DNA of 64,000 bases from the human T2T-CHM13v2.0 reference genome, Homo sapiens: NCBI RefSeq assembly GCF_009914755.1, contig NC_060929.1; one strand, given 5' to 3'. Positions within the stretch are counted from its first letter, which is position 1. Every line of letters starts with the position of its first letter. Made by a program: the position numbers and the translations under genes. Shown piece after piece: positions 39,453-55,550 of this stretch. Below the pieces are notes generated by a model. The model worked only from the letters and a program-made list of their open reading frames with translations, did not search any database and was not told the origin of the DNA.

Positions 39453-41793
39453 ACTTTATGTTAGGGGAGATAAAAAAAGAAAACAAATGAAAGAGATTTT
39501 TGCCAAGCTACTACTAAACTTCTTAAAAATAGCATCTTTTTTGTTCTTGATGAATGATGATTATCATTGATTCTACGTGAATAAAAGGTAGCCTATTTGA
39601 TATGAGTATAGTATATTAGCAAATTCTACTCCCATTATGAAATGGAAATTATTGAGATCTAATACAATGATAAAGTATTTCATAAAACAATGACTATTCT
39701 ATTTCTAATCTCTCTCAAGATAAAAGATAATATTGTCTATGTATATAGTGGACACAGAGACTGTTCACTCTAAGATAAAGTTAATTGCCATGAGTTTGTA
39801 CATGTGATCATCAAAAAGAACAGTATCCTAAATTTCCCAGAAAGTTGTGAAACATGTAGGTATAGATTTTAAATAACTAGACTACATATCCAAATATTAC
39901 AGTGGATGTATACCCCTTTTTATGCCGAATGAACTGATCGCAGTTTAAATTTTTGCAGCTAGGAATGCTTTGTAGGTCTGCCTTACTTATATACTTAGTG
40001 CACAATCTAACGGGATTCCAACAAGTATCACATTACTGGTATTTCACAGGAAAGGGGAAGTGGGACTCCCGTGTGGTAAATATCGTTAGCTTAGAATTCA
40101 TAGATGACAGTTTGTCCAGAAACAAAGTTAAAAATCTAAAACTTGCTAGCAAAATTTTTACTACTAAAAGTTTTATTCTAATGAAGTATGAACTTGGTAT
40201 TACCTAAAACTTAATAACATCTTTTGAGATGCACAGTGTCATGCTAACCTAGAACGGTATCTGAGTCCTAGCCCAGCCATTTAGATTATGTGGAGTTTCT
40301 AGGGCCCAGTAAAAATGGACATGAATAAAGAGGTACATTTTAATGAAATTGTGACTTTGTTTTGAATTTATAAATGTTGTATAGAATAATGATGAGTTTT
40401 ACTAACTTCTTGTAGAGAGAATTAAAGACAGGTAAATTTAAGATTTCTTGGCTTGGTATTACTTCCTGTTAGAGGAGGAGGGAGTTGTAGTTAGAAAAGT
40501 ATACAATGTATTGCTAATTTTTGGAAAATAAAAAATGTATTTTTATAACACCAGCTATTACTGAAATAAAACTCAATGAAATATTCCTGACTGGTAAAGA
40601 TACTGTGATTTTTTTTTTTTCTGGGGAAGGGGCAAGTTGCCCCTGCCCTCCCATCTTCTACAAAGAGGGACTCAGAATCTCTGGGGTGATTTGAAAACTT
40701 TATGTTTATCAAAATGATGATGGATGGTGGAAGGACGGGGAGAAGTATTCAAAGAATGGGAATTAAAATATTAATAACACTGGTGTAATGGCCAGAGTCC
40801 TGAGCACTGTCTTACTAGCCTGTTGATTTCTTTTTTTAAAATTCGTTTTTCTCATTTTAATGTTTTAAAACATTTTCTAATTGACACATAATAATTGTGC
40901 ATATTTATGGGGCACATAGAGATGTTGTGATACATATAATGTGTAGTGATCAGATCAGGATTATTAGCATATCCATCATCTCAAACATTTATCATTTCTT
41001 GGTAATATACAATATCTTCTATTTAAAATTGTATAATATATTATTGTTAACTATAGCCATTCTACTATAGTTAGAATTTATTCCTCCTATCTAGCTGTAA
41101 TTTTGCGTGTGTGTGTTTTTAAACAAATCTCTCCTTATCTTCCTATTCTCCCTAGCCTTTCCCAGACTTTAATATTCTCTATTCTACTTTTTACTTCTAT
41201 GAGACCAACTCTTTCTTAGCCTCCACATGTGAGTGAGAACATGCAGTGTTTCACTTTCTGTTTGGGCTTATTCCACTTAACATAATGCCTGCAGTTGCAT
41301 CCATGATTCTGTGAATGATAGGATTTCCTTCTGTTTTATGGATGAATAGTGTTCCCTTGTGTATGTGTACCACATTTTCTTTATCCATTTATCCACGAAT
41401 GGACATATAGGCTGATTCCATATCTTGGCTATTATGAATAGTGCTGCAACAAACATGGCAGCGGGGGTGGTGGTACAGATGTCCCTTTGATATACTGATA
41501 TCTTTCCTTTGGATAAAGTACCAGTAATAGGACTGTCAAATCATAAGGTAGTTCTATTTGTAGTATTTTGAGGAACCTCCGTATTTTCTCCATAGTGGCT
41601 ATACTGTCACATTCCCACCAACAGTATATAAACAGTATTTTGTCCACATTCCCACCAGCATTTTTTTTGCTCTTTTTGATAATAGCCATCCTAATGGGAT
41701 GAAATGATGATATTTCATTGTGGTTTTGATTTGCATTTCCCTGATGATTAGTGATTAAATATGTTTGTTGGCCATTTCTATGTCTTCTTTTGA

Positions 41794-42124
<331 letters not shown>

Positions 42125-42161
42125 TCTTTGCCCATTTTCTAATTGGATTATATGTGGGGTT

Positions 42162-42196
<35 letters not shown>
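42162..42196. repeat. (GTT)n microsatellite
   Basis: About 11 GTT units. Confidence 0.9.
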
Positions 42197-42197
<1 letters not shown>

Positions 42198-44089
42198 TGC
42201 TGTTGTGACGTTAGAGTTCCTTGTATATTCTAGATATTAATCCCTTGCCAATTAATAGTTTGCCAGTATTTTCTCCCATCCTGTAGGTTGTTCACTCTGA
42301 TGATTGTTTCCTTTGCTGTGCAGAAGGTATTTAATTTGATATAATCCCATTTATTTACTTTTGTTTCTGTTGCCTGTGATTTTGAGGTCTTATGCATAAA
42401 ATATTTTCCAGACCAATGTCCTGAAGTGTTTTCTTCTGGTAGTTTTATTGTTTTAGGTCTTACATTTAGGTCTTTGATCTATTTTGAGTTGATTGTCATA
42501 TAAAGTGAGAGTTGGAGGTCTAGTTTCGTACTTCAGCATTAATTTGGATTAATTTGGGAGTTCTCTATTCAGTTTTATTGGTCCATCTTTCTGTTTGTAT
42601 GCCAGTACCATACCGTTTAGCTTACTACAGCTTTGTATTACATTTTGAAGTCTAGTAGTCTAATGCCTGCAGCTTTATTCTTTTTACTCGATGTCATTTT
42701 GGCTATATTTGGGGTCTTTGTGCTTCTATACGACTTTTAGGATTTTTTTTTCTATTTCTGTGAAGAATGTCATTGGCATTTTCATAAAGAGTGCACTGAC
42801 TATAAATTGCTTTGGGTACTATTGTCAGTTTTACAATATTAAGTCTTCTGATCCATGAGCATAGGATGTTTTTTTCTTTGTATGTATCCTCTTCAGTTTC
42901 TTTCATTTGTGTTTTGTAGTTTTCCTTGTAGAGGATTTTCAACTCCTTGGTTAAATTTATTTCTTGGTATTTTTGTAGCTAGTATTGTAAATTTGCATTG
43001 TAAATATTATAAATAGTAGCTACAAAAAATGGATTGCCTTCTTGATTTCTTTTTCAGCTATTTCATTGTGTATAGAAATGCTACTGATTTTTGTATGTTG
43101 AGGGTGTATCCTGCAACTTTACTGAATTCATTGATCAGTTCTAAATGTTTTTTGGTAGAGTCTTTAGGTTTATCTGTATATAGGATCATGTCATCTGCAA
43201 ACAGGGACAATTTGGCTTTCTCCTTTCCAATTTATATGCCCTTTATTTCTCTCTCTTGTCTAATTGCTCTGGATACGACTTCAGTGCTATGTTGAATAAG
43301 AGTGAGAGTGGAAACCCTTGTCTTGTTCCAGTTTATAAAGGAAAAGCTTTGAGATTTTCTTCACTCAGTATAATGTTAGCTGTGAGTTTGACATATATGG
43401 CCTTTATTGTGTTAAGGTAGTTTCCTTCTATACCAGATTTATTGAGAATTTTTATCATGAAGGGATGCTGAATTTTTTTATCCTTCATTCTATTGATGTG
43501 ACATATCTCATTTGTTGATTTACATATGTTGAACTATCCTTGCATACCTGTGATAAATCCCACTTGATTATGGTGTATTATCTTTTTCATGTGCTATTTG
43601 ATTCAGTTTGCTAGCATTTGTTGGTTTTTGCATCTGTGTCCATGAGGGATATTGGCCTGTAGCTTTGATTTTTTGTTGTCCTGATTTTGATATCGGGGTT
43701 ATACTGACCTTATAAAATGAGTTGGGAAAAATTTCCTTCACATCATTTTTTTAATAGCTTGAGAAGACTTGGTATTCATTCTTCCTTAAAGATTTGGTAG
43801 AATTAAGCAGTGAAGCCATCTGCTCCTGGACTTTTCTTTGTTGGGACTTCAGTACTATTTTGAATAACAGTGGTGAAAGTGAACATCCTTGTCATGGCTC
43901 AGATCTTAGAGGAAAGTCTTTTGATTTTTCCCCATTCCAGATGATACTAGCTGTGGGTCTGTCATATATGGCTTTTATTATGTTGAGGTATGTTCTCCTT
44001 GGTAAGGCTTTTTAGGTATTCAAAGGGACTTGGAGCACAAGCCCAGTAATGCTGTGGTTTTTGCAGATGCTTAAAAAGAGGTGCCACCT

Positions 44090-44389
44090 GGCTGGGCATG
44101 GTGGCTTACACCTGTAATCCCAGCACTGTGGGAGGCCAAGACAGGAGGATCACCTGAGGTCAGGAGTTCGAGACCAGCCTGACCAACATGGAGAAACCCC
44201 GTCTCTACTAAAAATACAAAATTAGCCGGGCATGGTGACACATGCCTGTAATCCCAGCTACTCGGGAGGCTGAGACGGGAATTGCTTGAACCCAGGAGGT
44301 GGAGGTTGCGGTGAGCCGAGATCGAGCCATTGCACTCTGGCCTGGGCAACAAGAGCGAAACTTAGTCTCAAAAAAAAAAAAAAAAAAAA
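44090..44389 (+). mobile_element. AluSp/Sq SINE
   Basis: CCTGACCAACATGGAGAAACCCC, GCAACAAGAGCGAAAC; TSD AGAGGTGCCACCT / AGAGGTACCACCT. Confidence 0.93.
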
Positions 44390-47300
44390 TGAGAGAGAGG
44401 TACCACCTTGATGGTCTTGGATAAGATCCCAAAGAATTTTCTGTTTATCAGACAGAGCGGCTCCTGTTCTTTTCCCTTACTTTCTTCCAAACAAATGGAG
44501 TCTCTCTCTCTACGTGCTGAGCCACCTGGAACTGGGAGTGTGGTGATTCAAGGCCCTCTTGGTCACCACCACTGGAACTGCTCTGGGTCAGACTTGAAGC
44601 CAGCACAGCATTGTGCCTTGCCCAAGGCCCTTCTTTTCAGGGCAGAGAGTTTCCCTGCACATGTCCAGAGATGCTGTCTGGGAGCCAGGAATTGGAGTAA
44701 AAAACCTTAGCAGTTTACCTGCTATTCTATTCTACTGTGGCTAAGCTGGCACTCAAGTCATGATACAAAGTCCTTCCCTCTCTTTGCCTGTCTCCAAGTT
44801 TAGAAATTCTTTCTTCTCCTTGGTCTAGACTGTGAAGCTGTCAATTGTATTTTTCATTTCACTCATTGACTTCTTTAGCTGTAGTCTGTTCTTTTTATGC
44901 TCTCTGTCTCTTAATTGCATTTCTCATTCAAATTGGGAATTGTTTTCTTGATTTTCTTGAATTGTCTAGCTGTATTCTCTTGTATCTCACTGAGTTTTCT
45001 TAGGAATATTGCTGTGAATTATTTTTCTGGCATTTCATATATTTCCTTGTGATTGGAGTCTGTTACTGGTGAATTATTGTATTCCTTTAGACATGTTATG
45101 TTTCCTTACTTTTTCATGTTTGGTGTGTCCCTAGGTTGATTTCTATACATCTGGTTTCAAAATTGCCTCTTCCAATTTTATTAAGTCGGTTTGACAGACA
45201 ATGATTTACTTGTATGAATTAGTTTTTCATTGATAGACAAAGATTTATTCATATGAATGGGTTTGTTATGGTTTGGTGGCTTTGGTTTTATGTGGATGCA
45301 GCAGTGAATTCTGTGTAGCTTCTTTAGCTGTAATCCACGCTAGTCGTGTATGCAAGTGTCTCAATGGCCTAGAATGAGAGACTTTATGGTGGCGGTGGTC
45401 CAGCTTTGCTGAGGGTGGGCTCACAAGGCTGTTTCTTATGTTAGGAGCATATGTGTGCCACAGTGGGTCTGCCAACTTGGAGCTGGTGTTGGGGCTATGG
45501 GTTGTTACTCTGACCAGGAGCATGTGTACGCAGTTGCTCGGCTGTCCTGGGGGTGTGCTTGCCAGGGGTGGCCCTTGGGGCTATTTCTCAGGCTTGGGAC
45601 ATGGGTGCATAACTGCTCCACCAGTCTGAGGGCATGTGTGCCAGGGGCAGCCTGTGGGGCTGCTATTCAGGCCTGGAACGCAAGTGCGAGGCTGCTCTGC
45701 CAGACAGGGTTGTATCTTCCAAGAGCGCCTGCGGAGCTGTTTCTCAGGACCTGTTGCAGGCACAGGGCCGTCGCGCAGGTCAGGAACTTATCTGCAGAGC
45801 TTGGGGTGCTACAGGGCTGCTTCTCAGGTTCTGAGTTGGCTGATTCGCTGTTCTGCTGGCCCAGTAGCATGTTGGCTGTTCAGAGGCTTGAGATCTCCCA
45901 CTCAGGGCAGAACATGCAGCAGTTTGTTAGGCTGAAGGGCGGGTTCACACCGGGTGAGACTGCCAGACTGTTGTTCTGGGTAGAAGTGAGGACAGTGGGA
46001 GGTGGTTTTCCTACTGCGCAGGACCAGAGTCACTGCCACTCCTGGGACCAGGCTCCATGCAACTAGGTTTGTGGTGTTCAGCCACCGGTGTGGGCTTGCT
46101 GAAATGAAGATGGGAGCTGCAGTGCTGGATAAGTGCAATAGTTACTCACCCCCACCACACCCCCACCCCTGCCAAGAAGGGCACACTCCAGAGGTGCCTC
46201 TGATCTCAAGATGGCACTGTGCTACAGCAGCGTGGGGTGAGTAGAGGGTGGGAGAGTTGTATTCCTTACTCAGGGCAGTGCAGCTGCATGAATTTCCAGC
46301 AATACTTTAAACTGGGCTCAGGGATTGAGAGGACTGTTGCATTCTCCTGTAGTAAGGACTGCCATTGTTTTTGGTGGCATTGGGGGCTGGTGGGGTTCTT
46401 CTGCTTACTTTTTCCCTGCAATAGGACCTCCCTCATGGCTCTACGCAGATCCAGTCCACACAGGGACAATAGAGTGCGGAGGTCACTGGTGCCTCAATGC
46501 TGCCCTCCTGGACTTCCAGTCACCACAGGTCTGTCTGCACTCCCCTGCTGTACTCTAGTGCTCTCCTTTCATCACTCCAGTCAAATCATATCTGTTTATT
46601 TGTTGCCTTGTTTTTTTTCTTTTGGAGTCAACGAGCATCAGGTGTCTCTAGTCAGCTATCTTGCTGACATCTTGCCTGTGTATTTCAAGGAAGTTTGAAA
46701 GTGTGCTTTGGGTGTGACTTCAAGATGGCTGACTACAGGTGCCCTACACTCGCCTCCTCCACAAATAAGAGACCAAAATAGTAAAGTATAAATACACATT
46801 GAATAGAGCTTCTAGGAAAAAACACTGGAATTTAGCACAGAAGTGACAGGGAACCTCTGAGGCACAGCAGGAGGAAGTGAAGCAGCCAGCCTGGCCAGGA
46901 TTGGCTCAGAGCCAGGAGGAGCACCACACTGCAAATAAAAGGCAAGCAAGAGATCCCTAACAGTCCATGTTCCCACTGCAGACTCCTGCAGTCCTAGCCA
47001 TTGGAGTGCCCCTTGGCCTTTGGAGGCCCTGAGAGTAGTATAGGAAGCTACTTGTAGTCCACGCAGTGGCATTGTTCTAGAGAGGGAGTTTGTACTGTTT
47101 CTCACACCCCTCCCTGCAAACAGCTGCAGCATAGTGCCATTTTGGGAGCCCAGCCACTGCCAGATTACATTCTGCCCTGGAGCCCAGCAGCCTTTGTATC
47201 CCCACATACCTGGAGCCCTACTGGCATCCTCCCATGTCCACTCAGAGGGCTTCAGTGCTGTGATGCTGACTGGACCCAGTGGTGCAGCCAGGTTCCCAAA

Positions 47301-49344
47301 ACTCTAGCTAATGCAGTCCTCTGCACCATATGAAACAGGCAGTGCAGCACACCAGGAGTAGGAGAGTGGCCCTGGGACAAAGGGAGCCAAAGCATGCACT
47401 CCCCAGAGCCTGAGAACTGCCTCCCTGGTGTTGCTGCCATATACAGTAACCCTGACCCTTCCACTGGTAGGGTTGCTGACATACCTGCATGTGCCTTCAG
47501 AGGCCCTGGAGATTGACCCACCAGAGCTAGCACCCATGTGCACCACCAAGGTACCTGAATACAGGCACATGCCACCTGCTGGTACCCACACATGTCATCC
47601 AGGGACCCAAGGACGTACCTGCCCTGCTCACCATCACTGCTTCCTATGTGTACCATCCAGGGATTGGCCTCACTTGTACACCAGATGCCAGCACCCACAC
47701 ACAGCTACCAAGACCCAGCTCACCCAAACTGCCAATGCCAATGCTGGCACACATGTATGTCATTTGGGGGGTCAAGGGTTTAAGTTAGGTGGTTGCCCTT
47801 CCACTGCTACTGCCACTGCTCATGTCATAGACATTGCCTAGAGGGTTGATAAACTGCCCACCCCACTGCCACTGCCACTTCTAAACACACCACCTGGAGG
47901 CCCAAGGACTGGCCTGTCAGTACCTGCCCACCATTGGCACCCACGTGCATTCCCTGGGGGCTCAAGGACTGGCGAACATGGCCTGCTACTGCATGGTTGC
48001 CTAAGGACCAACCCACCTGGTGTCCCCATCTTAAGCAAAGCCTCACCACAGCCTCCGCTAACAACTGTGGCCTAAACCATGGAGGAACTTACAGGCACCA
48101 CTGTAAGGAACAGCCAAAGGAATTGGCTACTGCACCCACGCAGGGAGCACATTACTGCACCTCCCCAGAATCAAAAGCCAAAGCACTCTACTTAACCAAC
48201 ACTACAGAAACTATTTCCCTGTGGAAGGTAGTCTATATAATTAAAAGAAGCAACTTACCAAGATGCAGAGATATCAACATAAGGACATGAGAAACATGAA
48301 AAAGCAGGGAAACATGGCAATTCCAAAGGAGCACATTAATTCTCTAAAGTAACAGATCCCCAAAAAAAGAAAATCTGTAAAATGCCTTAAAAAGAGTTCA
48401 AAATAATGATAAGATACAAGAAAACACAGGTAAACAATAACAAGAAATCAGGAAAACAATTCATGATCTCAATGAGAAATTTATCAAAAAGATAGATGGC
48501 ACAACATCGTGAAACCAAAGAATTCAGTGAATGAAATTTAAAAAAATGCAGTCAAGAGCTTCAGCAATACACTAGATCAAGCAGAAGAAAGAATATCTGA
48601 ACTTGAAGACAGGTTGCTTGAAATTATACAGGCAGAGAAAGAAAAGATAAAAGAATAAAAATTAATGAAGAAACCCAGTATACCATATGAGATGCCATAA
48701 AGTAACCAGATACCCTAATTTTGTTAATTTTTAGAAGGGGAAGAGATGGAAAAGTCATAGAAAACCTATTTAACGAAATACTAGCTGAAAACTAATCTTG
48801 CAAAATATATAGTCTTGCAAAAGATACAGACTTCCAGATACAGGAAACTCAAAGATCCCCTAATATATTCAACCCAAAAGGTCTTCTCCAGATCACATCA
48901 TAGTCAAACTGTCAAAAGTCAAAAATGTAAAGATAATTACAAAAAACAACAAAAGTGTTCAGTTAACATATAAGGGAATGTTTATATGGGACAGTATCTA
49001 CTGTTATGAAAACACATGAAAGTATAAAACTCACTGGTAGAGCAGATACACGCAAAAAAGAAGGGAGTCAAACATCATCACAACAAAAAAAAACCACCAA
49101 ATCATAAATGTAAACAACAAAAGAGGAAGACCAGAACAAACGATATACAAAACAATCAGAAACTAATAAAGTGGCAGGAGGAAGTCATCACCTGTCAGTT
49201 ACAACCTTGAATGTAAACTGTTTAAATTCCTCCAATTAAAAGATATAGATTGGCTGAATGGACATAAAAAGTAGGACCCAACTATATGCTGCCTACAAGT
49301 AACTCACTTTGCCTGTAGACACGTAGATTGAAAGTAAAGGGATG

Positions 49345-49647
49345 GGCTGGGGGCGGTGGCTCACGCCTGTAATCCCAACACTTTGGGAGGCCGAGGCGGG
49401 CAGATCACCTGAGGTCAGGAGTTCAAAACCAGCCTGGTCAACATGGCAAAACCCCATCTCTATTGAAAAAATACAAAAATTAGCCAGGCGTGGTGGCAGA
49501 TGCCTATAATCCCACCTACTCGGGAGGCTGAGGCATGAGAATCACTTGAACCCAGTAGGTGGAGGTTGCAGTGAGCTGAGATCACACCAATGTGCTCCAG
49601 CGTGGGTGACAGAGTGAGACTATGTATCAAAAAAAAAAAAAAAAAAA
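49345..49647 (+). mobile_element. AluSx-type SINE
   Basis: Full Alu; TSD AAAGTAAAGGGATG / AAAGTGAAGGGATG. Confidence 0.93.
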
Positions 49648-50123
49648 GAAAGTGAAGGGATGGAAAAAGATATTCCACACACACAGTAACCAAAAGCTGC
49701 CAGAAGGAACTGTATATCAAACAAAGGGTAAAAAAAAAAAAAAGAGAGACAAAGAAGGTCATTATAAAATGATAAAGAGATGAGTGCAACAAAAGGATAT
49801 AATAGTTGTAAATATATATGCACTCAACAGTGGAGCACTGAGATATATACAGCAAATACCATTAAGGCTAAAGAGAATGATGAAGTCCCCAGCTATTATT
49901 GTATTGGTGTTTAACGCTGTGCTTTCAGCATTCAACAGATCATTTAGGCAAAAAATCCACAAAGAAACATTGGACTTGATCTGCACTGTAGACCAAATGG
50001 ACCTAACAGACATTTACAGAACATTTAGCCCAATACCTGCAAAGTATATGTTCTTTTTATCAGCACTTGGAACACTCTCCCAGGATTGCCACATGTTAAG
50101 ACACACAAAAACAATCTCAGTAA

Positions 50124-50643
<520 letters not shown>

Positions 50644-52210
50644 CTATAGCAGCAGTCTGAGAAGGAATTTTATAGCAATAACCTCCTACATCAAAAAAGT
50701 AGAAAGATTTCAAATAAACAACCAAATGATGCACATCAAGGAACTAGAAAAATAAGAACAAACCAAACCCCAAATTAGTTGAAGGACAGAAATAATTCAG
50801 ATCAGAGCAGAATTAAACATAATAGAAACTAAAATAAAAATACAAAATATCAATGAAATAAAAAGTTGGTTTTCTGAAAATATAAATAAAATTGATAAGC
50901 TGCTAGCTAAACTAACCAGGGACCAAAGAGAGAAAACCCAAATAAATAAATCCAGAAACAAAAGAGGAGACATTACACTGATAGCACAGAAATACCAAGG
51001 ATCATTTGAGACCATTATGAACAAAAATACGCTAACAAAATTGGAAAGCCTAGACAAAATTGGATAAATTTCTGTACACATACAACTTACCAAAATTGAC
51101 CCAAGAAAAAGTAGAAAACCTGAACAGACCAATAACAAGTAACAAGACTGAATCAGTAATAAAAAGTCTCCCAAAAAAGAAGAGCCCAGGACTGCATGGC
51201 TTTAGTACTGAATTTTACCAAACTTATAAAGATGATCTAATATCTCACACCAATGCTTTTCAGACTATTTCAGAAAATTGAAATGGAGAGAATTCTTTCT
51301 AAGACATTCTATAAGGTCGGCAATACCTTGATACCAAAACCAGACAAGAACACAAGAAAACATAAAAACTATAGGCCAATATTTCTGATGAACATAGATG
51401 CAAAAACCCTCAACAAAATACTTGCAAACCAAATAGCACATCAGAAGATAATAGACCATAATCAAGCAGGATTTATCCCAGGGATGCAAGGATGGTTCAT
51501 CATATGTAAATAAATGAACGTGATACATCACATCAACAGAATGAAGGGCAAAAGCCATATGAACCTCTCAATAGATGCAGAAAAACATTTGATAAAATTC
51601 AACATGCCTTCATGATAAAAATTCTCAATAAATTTGTTACAGAAGGAATATATCTCAACATAAGAAAAGCTATGTATGACAAACCCACAGCTAACAAACT
51701 GAACTGGGAAAAGTTGAATGTCTTTTCTCTAATAACTGGAACAAGACAAAGAAGAGACGACCTGCAGAATGGGAGAAAATATTTGCAAACTATTCATCTG
51801 ACAAGTTACTTATATCCAGAATATGCAAGGAATGTAAACAACAGGAAAAAAAATAGTTTTATTAAAACATGGGCAAAGGATTTGAATAGACATTTCTCAA
51901 AGAAGACATACAAATAGCCAAAAAGTATATGAAAAAAATCTTCACTATTACTAATCATCCATGAAATGCAAATCAAAACCACAATGAAGTGTCTTCTCAT
52001 CGCAGTTAGAATGGTTATTATCAAAAAGACAATAAATAACAAATGCTGAAAAAGATGAGGTGAAAAGGGAACTGTCATACACTCTGGGGATGTTAATTAG
52101 TACAACCATTGTAGAAAAATAGTATAGAGGTTTCTTGATAAACAAAAATAGAACTACCATGTGATTCAGCAATCTCATTACTGGGAATTTATCTAAAGGA
52201 AAGAATATCA

Positions 52211-52531
<321 letters not shown>

Positions 52532-54757
52532 TCATGTTTACTGCGGCACTATTAGCAATAGCCAAGATATGGAATCAACCTAAGTATCCATCAATGAATG
52601 AATGGATAAAGAAAATGTTGTATATATACACAATGGAATGCCATTCAGCTATGAAAAAAAGCGTGAAATCATGTCATCGAAGCATCCATTCATTCCATTA
52701 GATGAAACTGGAGGTCATTATATTAAGTCAAACAAGCAGGCACAGAAAGACAGTTATCTCATGTTCTTTCTCATATGAGAGAGCTAAAAAAAATGATCTC
52801 ATGGAGATCTAAAGTAGAATGATGGCTACCAGAGGCTGCAAAGGGAAGGGATGGGATGAACCCTCAGAGGGGTTAATGGGTACAAACTTAGTTATATAAA
52901 GGCATAAGTTCTAGTGTTTGATAGTACAGTAAGGTGACTATAACTACCAACAATGTGTCATATATTTCAAGATAGCTACAGGAGAGGATTTGAAATATTC
53001 CCATCACAAAGAAGTGACAAGTGTTTGAGGTGCTGGATATCCTAAACATCTTGATTTTATCATTACACATTTTATTCATGTATCAAAATATCATGTGTAC
53101 CTCATAAATATATACAATGATTATTTATTAATAAAAAAATAAAATAGTCAAGACCCCCCCCAAAAAAAATTTGGACATGAATTGCAATAATGAAAACTCT
53201 GCCCTCTACACTTACATAAATGGCAACTAATATATTTGCCTATTTATTCTTTCAATAGATATTAATGAGTGCTTATAAAGAATACCAGTATAAATAAATT
53301 AGTTCTGGCCCTGCCCTTAATGAGCATATAATACAGTTGAAGAGATTAAGTTCCTACTTTAGTTGTGAACTCCTCAAGGATAGGCACTCTATCCTGTCTC
53401 TCTCCCCAACCCCCATCACCATTCTCTATTACAGAGCCTGCCTGGTGTCTTAAAGGTTTTTAAAATCCTTAACCTCAACGTTGAAAGGGAAAGAGGGAAG
53501 AATGGGTAGAGAGACATGAAGCAACAAGTCTAGCTGTCATTGTTTCTGAAAATTAATCAAAATGAAAATACAGTTGTATCAGTTCATGAAATTACAGTGT
53601 AGATCAGTAGGAAACAATTTATAGCAATTCTTTTACCACACATTTGTTGCAAAAATGCAATCTGTTTCTACTACCTGACTCGGGTGATATTTCAGATAGC
53701 TAAGTTATAATTAATTAAAGCTGTGTGGACTTTTAGCTTAGAAAACGGCTTCCTCTTCCTTCTGCTCACCCCGTGACCCAACCCATCCCTGTATTGCCAC
53801 CACTCGCTTCAATCTGGCACTGTAGTCAAGCCCAGAGCAACTTCTGTGGGTCAGGGGAGGTGACAGGCATTCTGTGCCTAGCTGTTTGGCTAGGCATTGC
53901 AGCTTCAGAACTCTTCTCTCCATTTCTAAATCATGTCTAATGGGACTGTTAACCAGTGGCCACCAAAGCTACCATTTCCAATGAGCAATTCTGCGAAATT
54001 ATGTCACAGAAATAAATTAGTATGAAATTTATAGAGAATTTTCTCTTCATGACAATCTAAGAAATCACAGTCACACCTTACCATGCATAGTTATCATACT
54101 GACTTTGTCCTAGACTGACCCAGGTCCAGTTCCACCCTCTGGGCTTGTAGAGTTTCTCTGTTACGATGTGCAGAATGCTTAGAACAGGATAGGCCCCCAG
54201 AAGTGAGTCCTGTTGTTATCTTTCACAATCATATGAATAGTATTAGATGGAGCCAGAAAACAATAAAAATTCTACAAAAATAATGAAACTAATTTGTGCA
54301 ACGTGAGAAAAGAAAATGGACATTTTGCAAATCTATTTGGTGTCAGGGCTCTACTTTTTAAAAGGAAAATCAATCATGGTCTGTGGTGTACATGTTAAGG
54401 GAAGGACTTAAATTCACAGTAATAGGTATTCTGGTTACAGCATGGAAGAACTATATCATTGTTGAAGTAAAACTCACCGAGGCTTCAGCATACAACTAAA
54501 TTGTACTTTGCATAAGAACATTAAAACAATTCTTGGAACACTCTCCTCCCCCATCACTAACCACCCACCGAAATACAAGAAATTATAGTAAGAAATATCA
54601 CTCTCTTGGAATAAGCACAGGAGAAGAAATTGCAAACAGATTATTAGAAAATGTCATTCATCATTTTCATTTTCTTTGGAAATTTAGCTTTTCTCCCTGA
54701 ATATAATGTTTTCTTTTTTCTCACATTTTTAAAATATGCTCAATCAGAATACTTTAA

Positions 54758-55051
<294 letters not shown>

Positions 55052-55349
55052 TAGAAACACCGTTTTATTTGTAAAATATGTCAGGTGCTTTTTATTAAGA
55101 AGTATTTTGAGAATACAGATACATCATCAAATTGACTGTTATCTTTGTATAATTGTATTACAAGTTATGTTGTGAAGATGAAAAGCTAGTTTCCCTTCTA
55201 GCTACTTTTGGTGAATAGAAATTAGGAGTGTTACAGCATTTTATTTATAATAAAACTATAGTATACATGTTTATGATTATTTAAAGAAATTTGTTATGTT
55301 TCACATGTTCAGAGACTTTTGTCTTTGGAATTCCTTTGCTAACTCTAGC

Positions 55350-55550
55350 AATAATAAGGGCATGAACTTTTCAGTTACACAGAATTGGGTTCACATATGG
55401 TTCTGTCACTTAGTAGCCTTTGGGCGAATTTTTCAAACTCAGATCCTCAGCTTTCTTGTCTACAAATTTACAATAGTAATATTTAACTCACAAGGCTGTT
55501 ATAAGGATTAGAGGAGATTACCTGTAGTAAGCTCTCAAAATATTAGTTCT
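55350..55550 (+). mobile_element. MIR fragment
   Basis: CCTCAGCTTTCTTGTCTACAAATT..AATAGTAATATTTAACTCACAAGG. Confidence 0.6.

Noticed and set aside
45266-48290. Cluster of overlapping 60-203-aa ORFs on both strands
   Set aside because: They lie in GC-rich old L1 5' UTRs where stops are scarce; no recognisable domain
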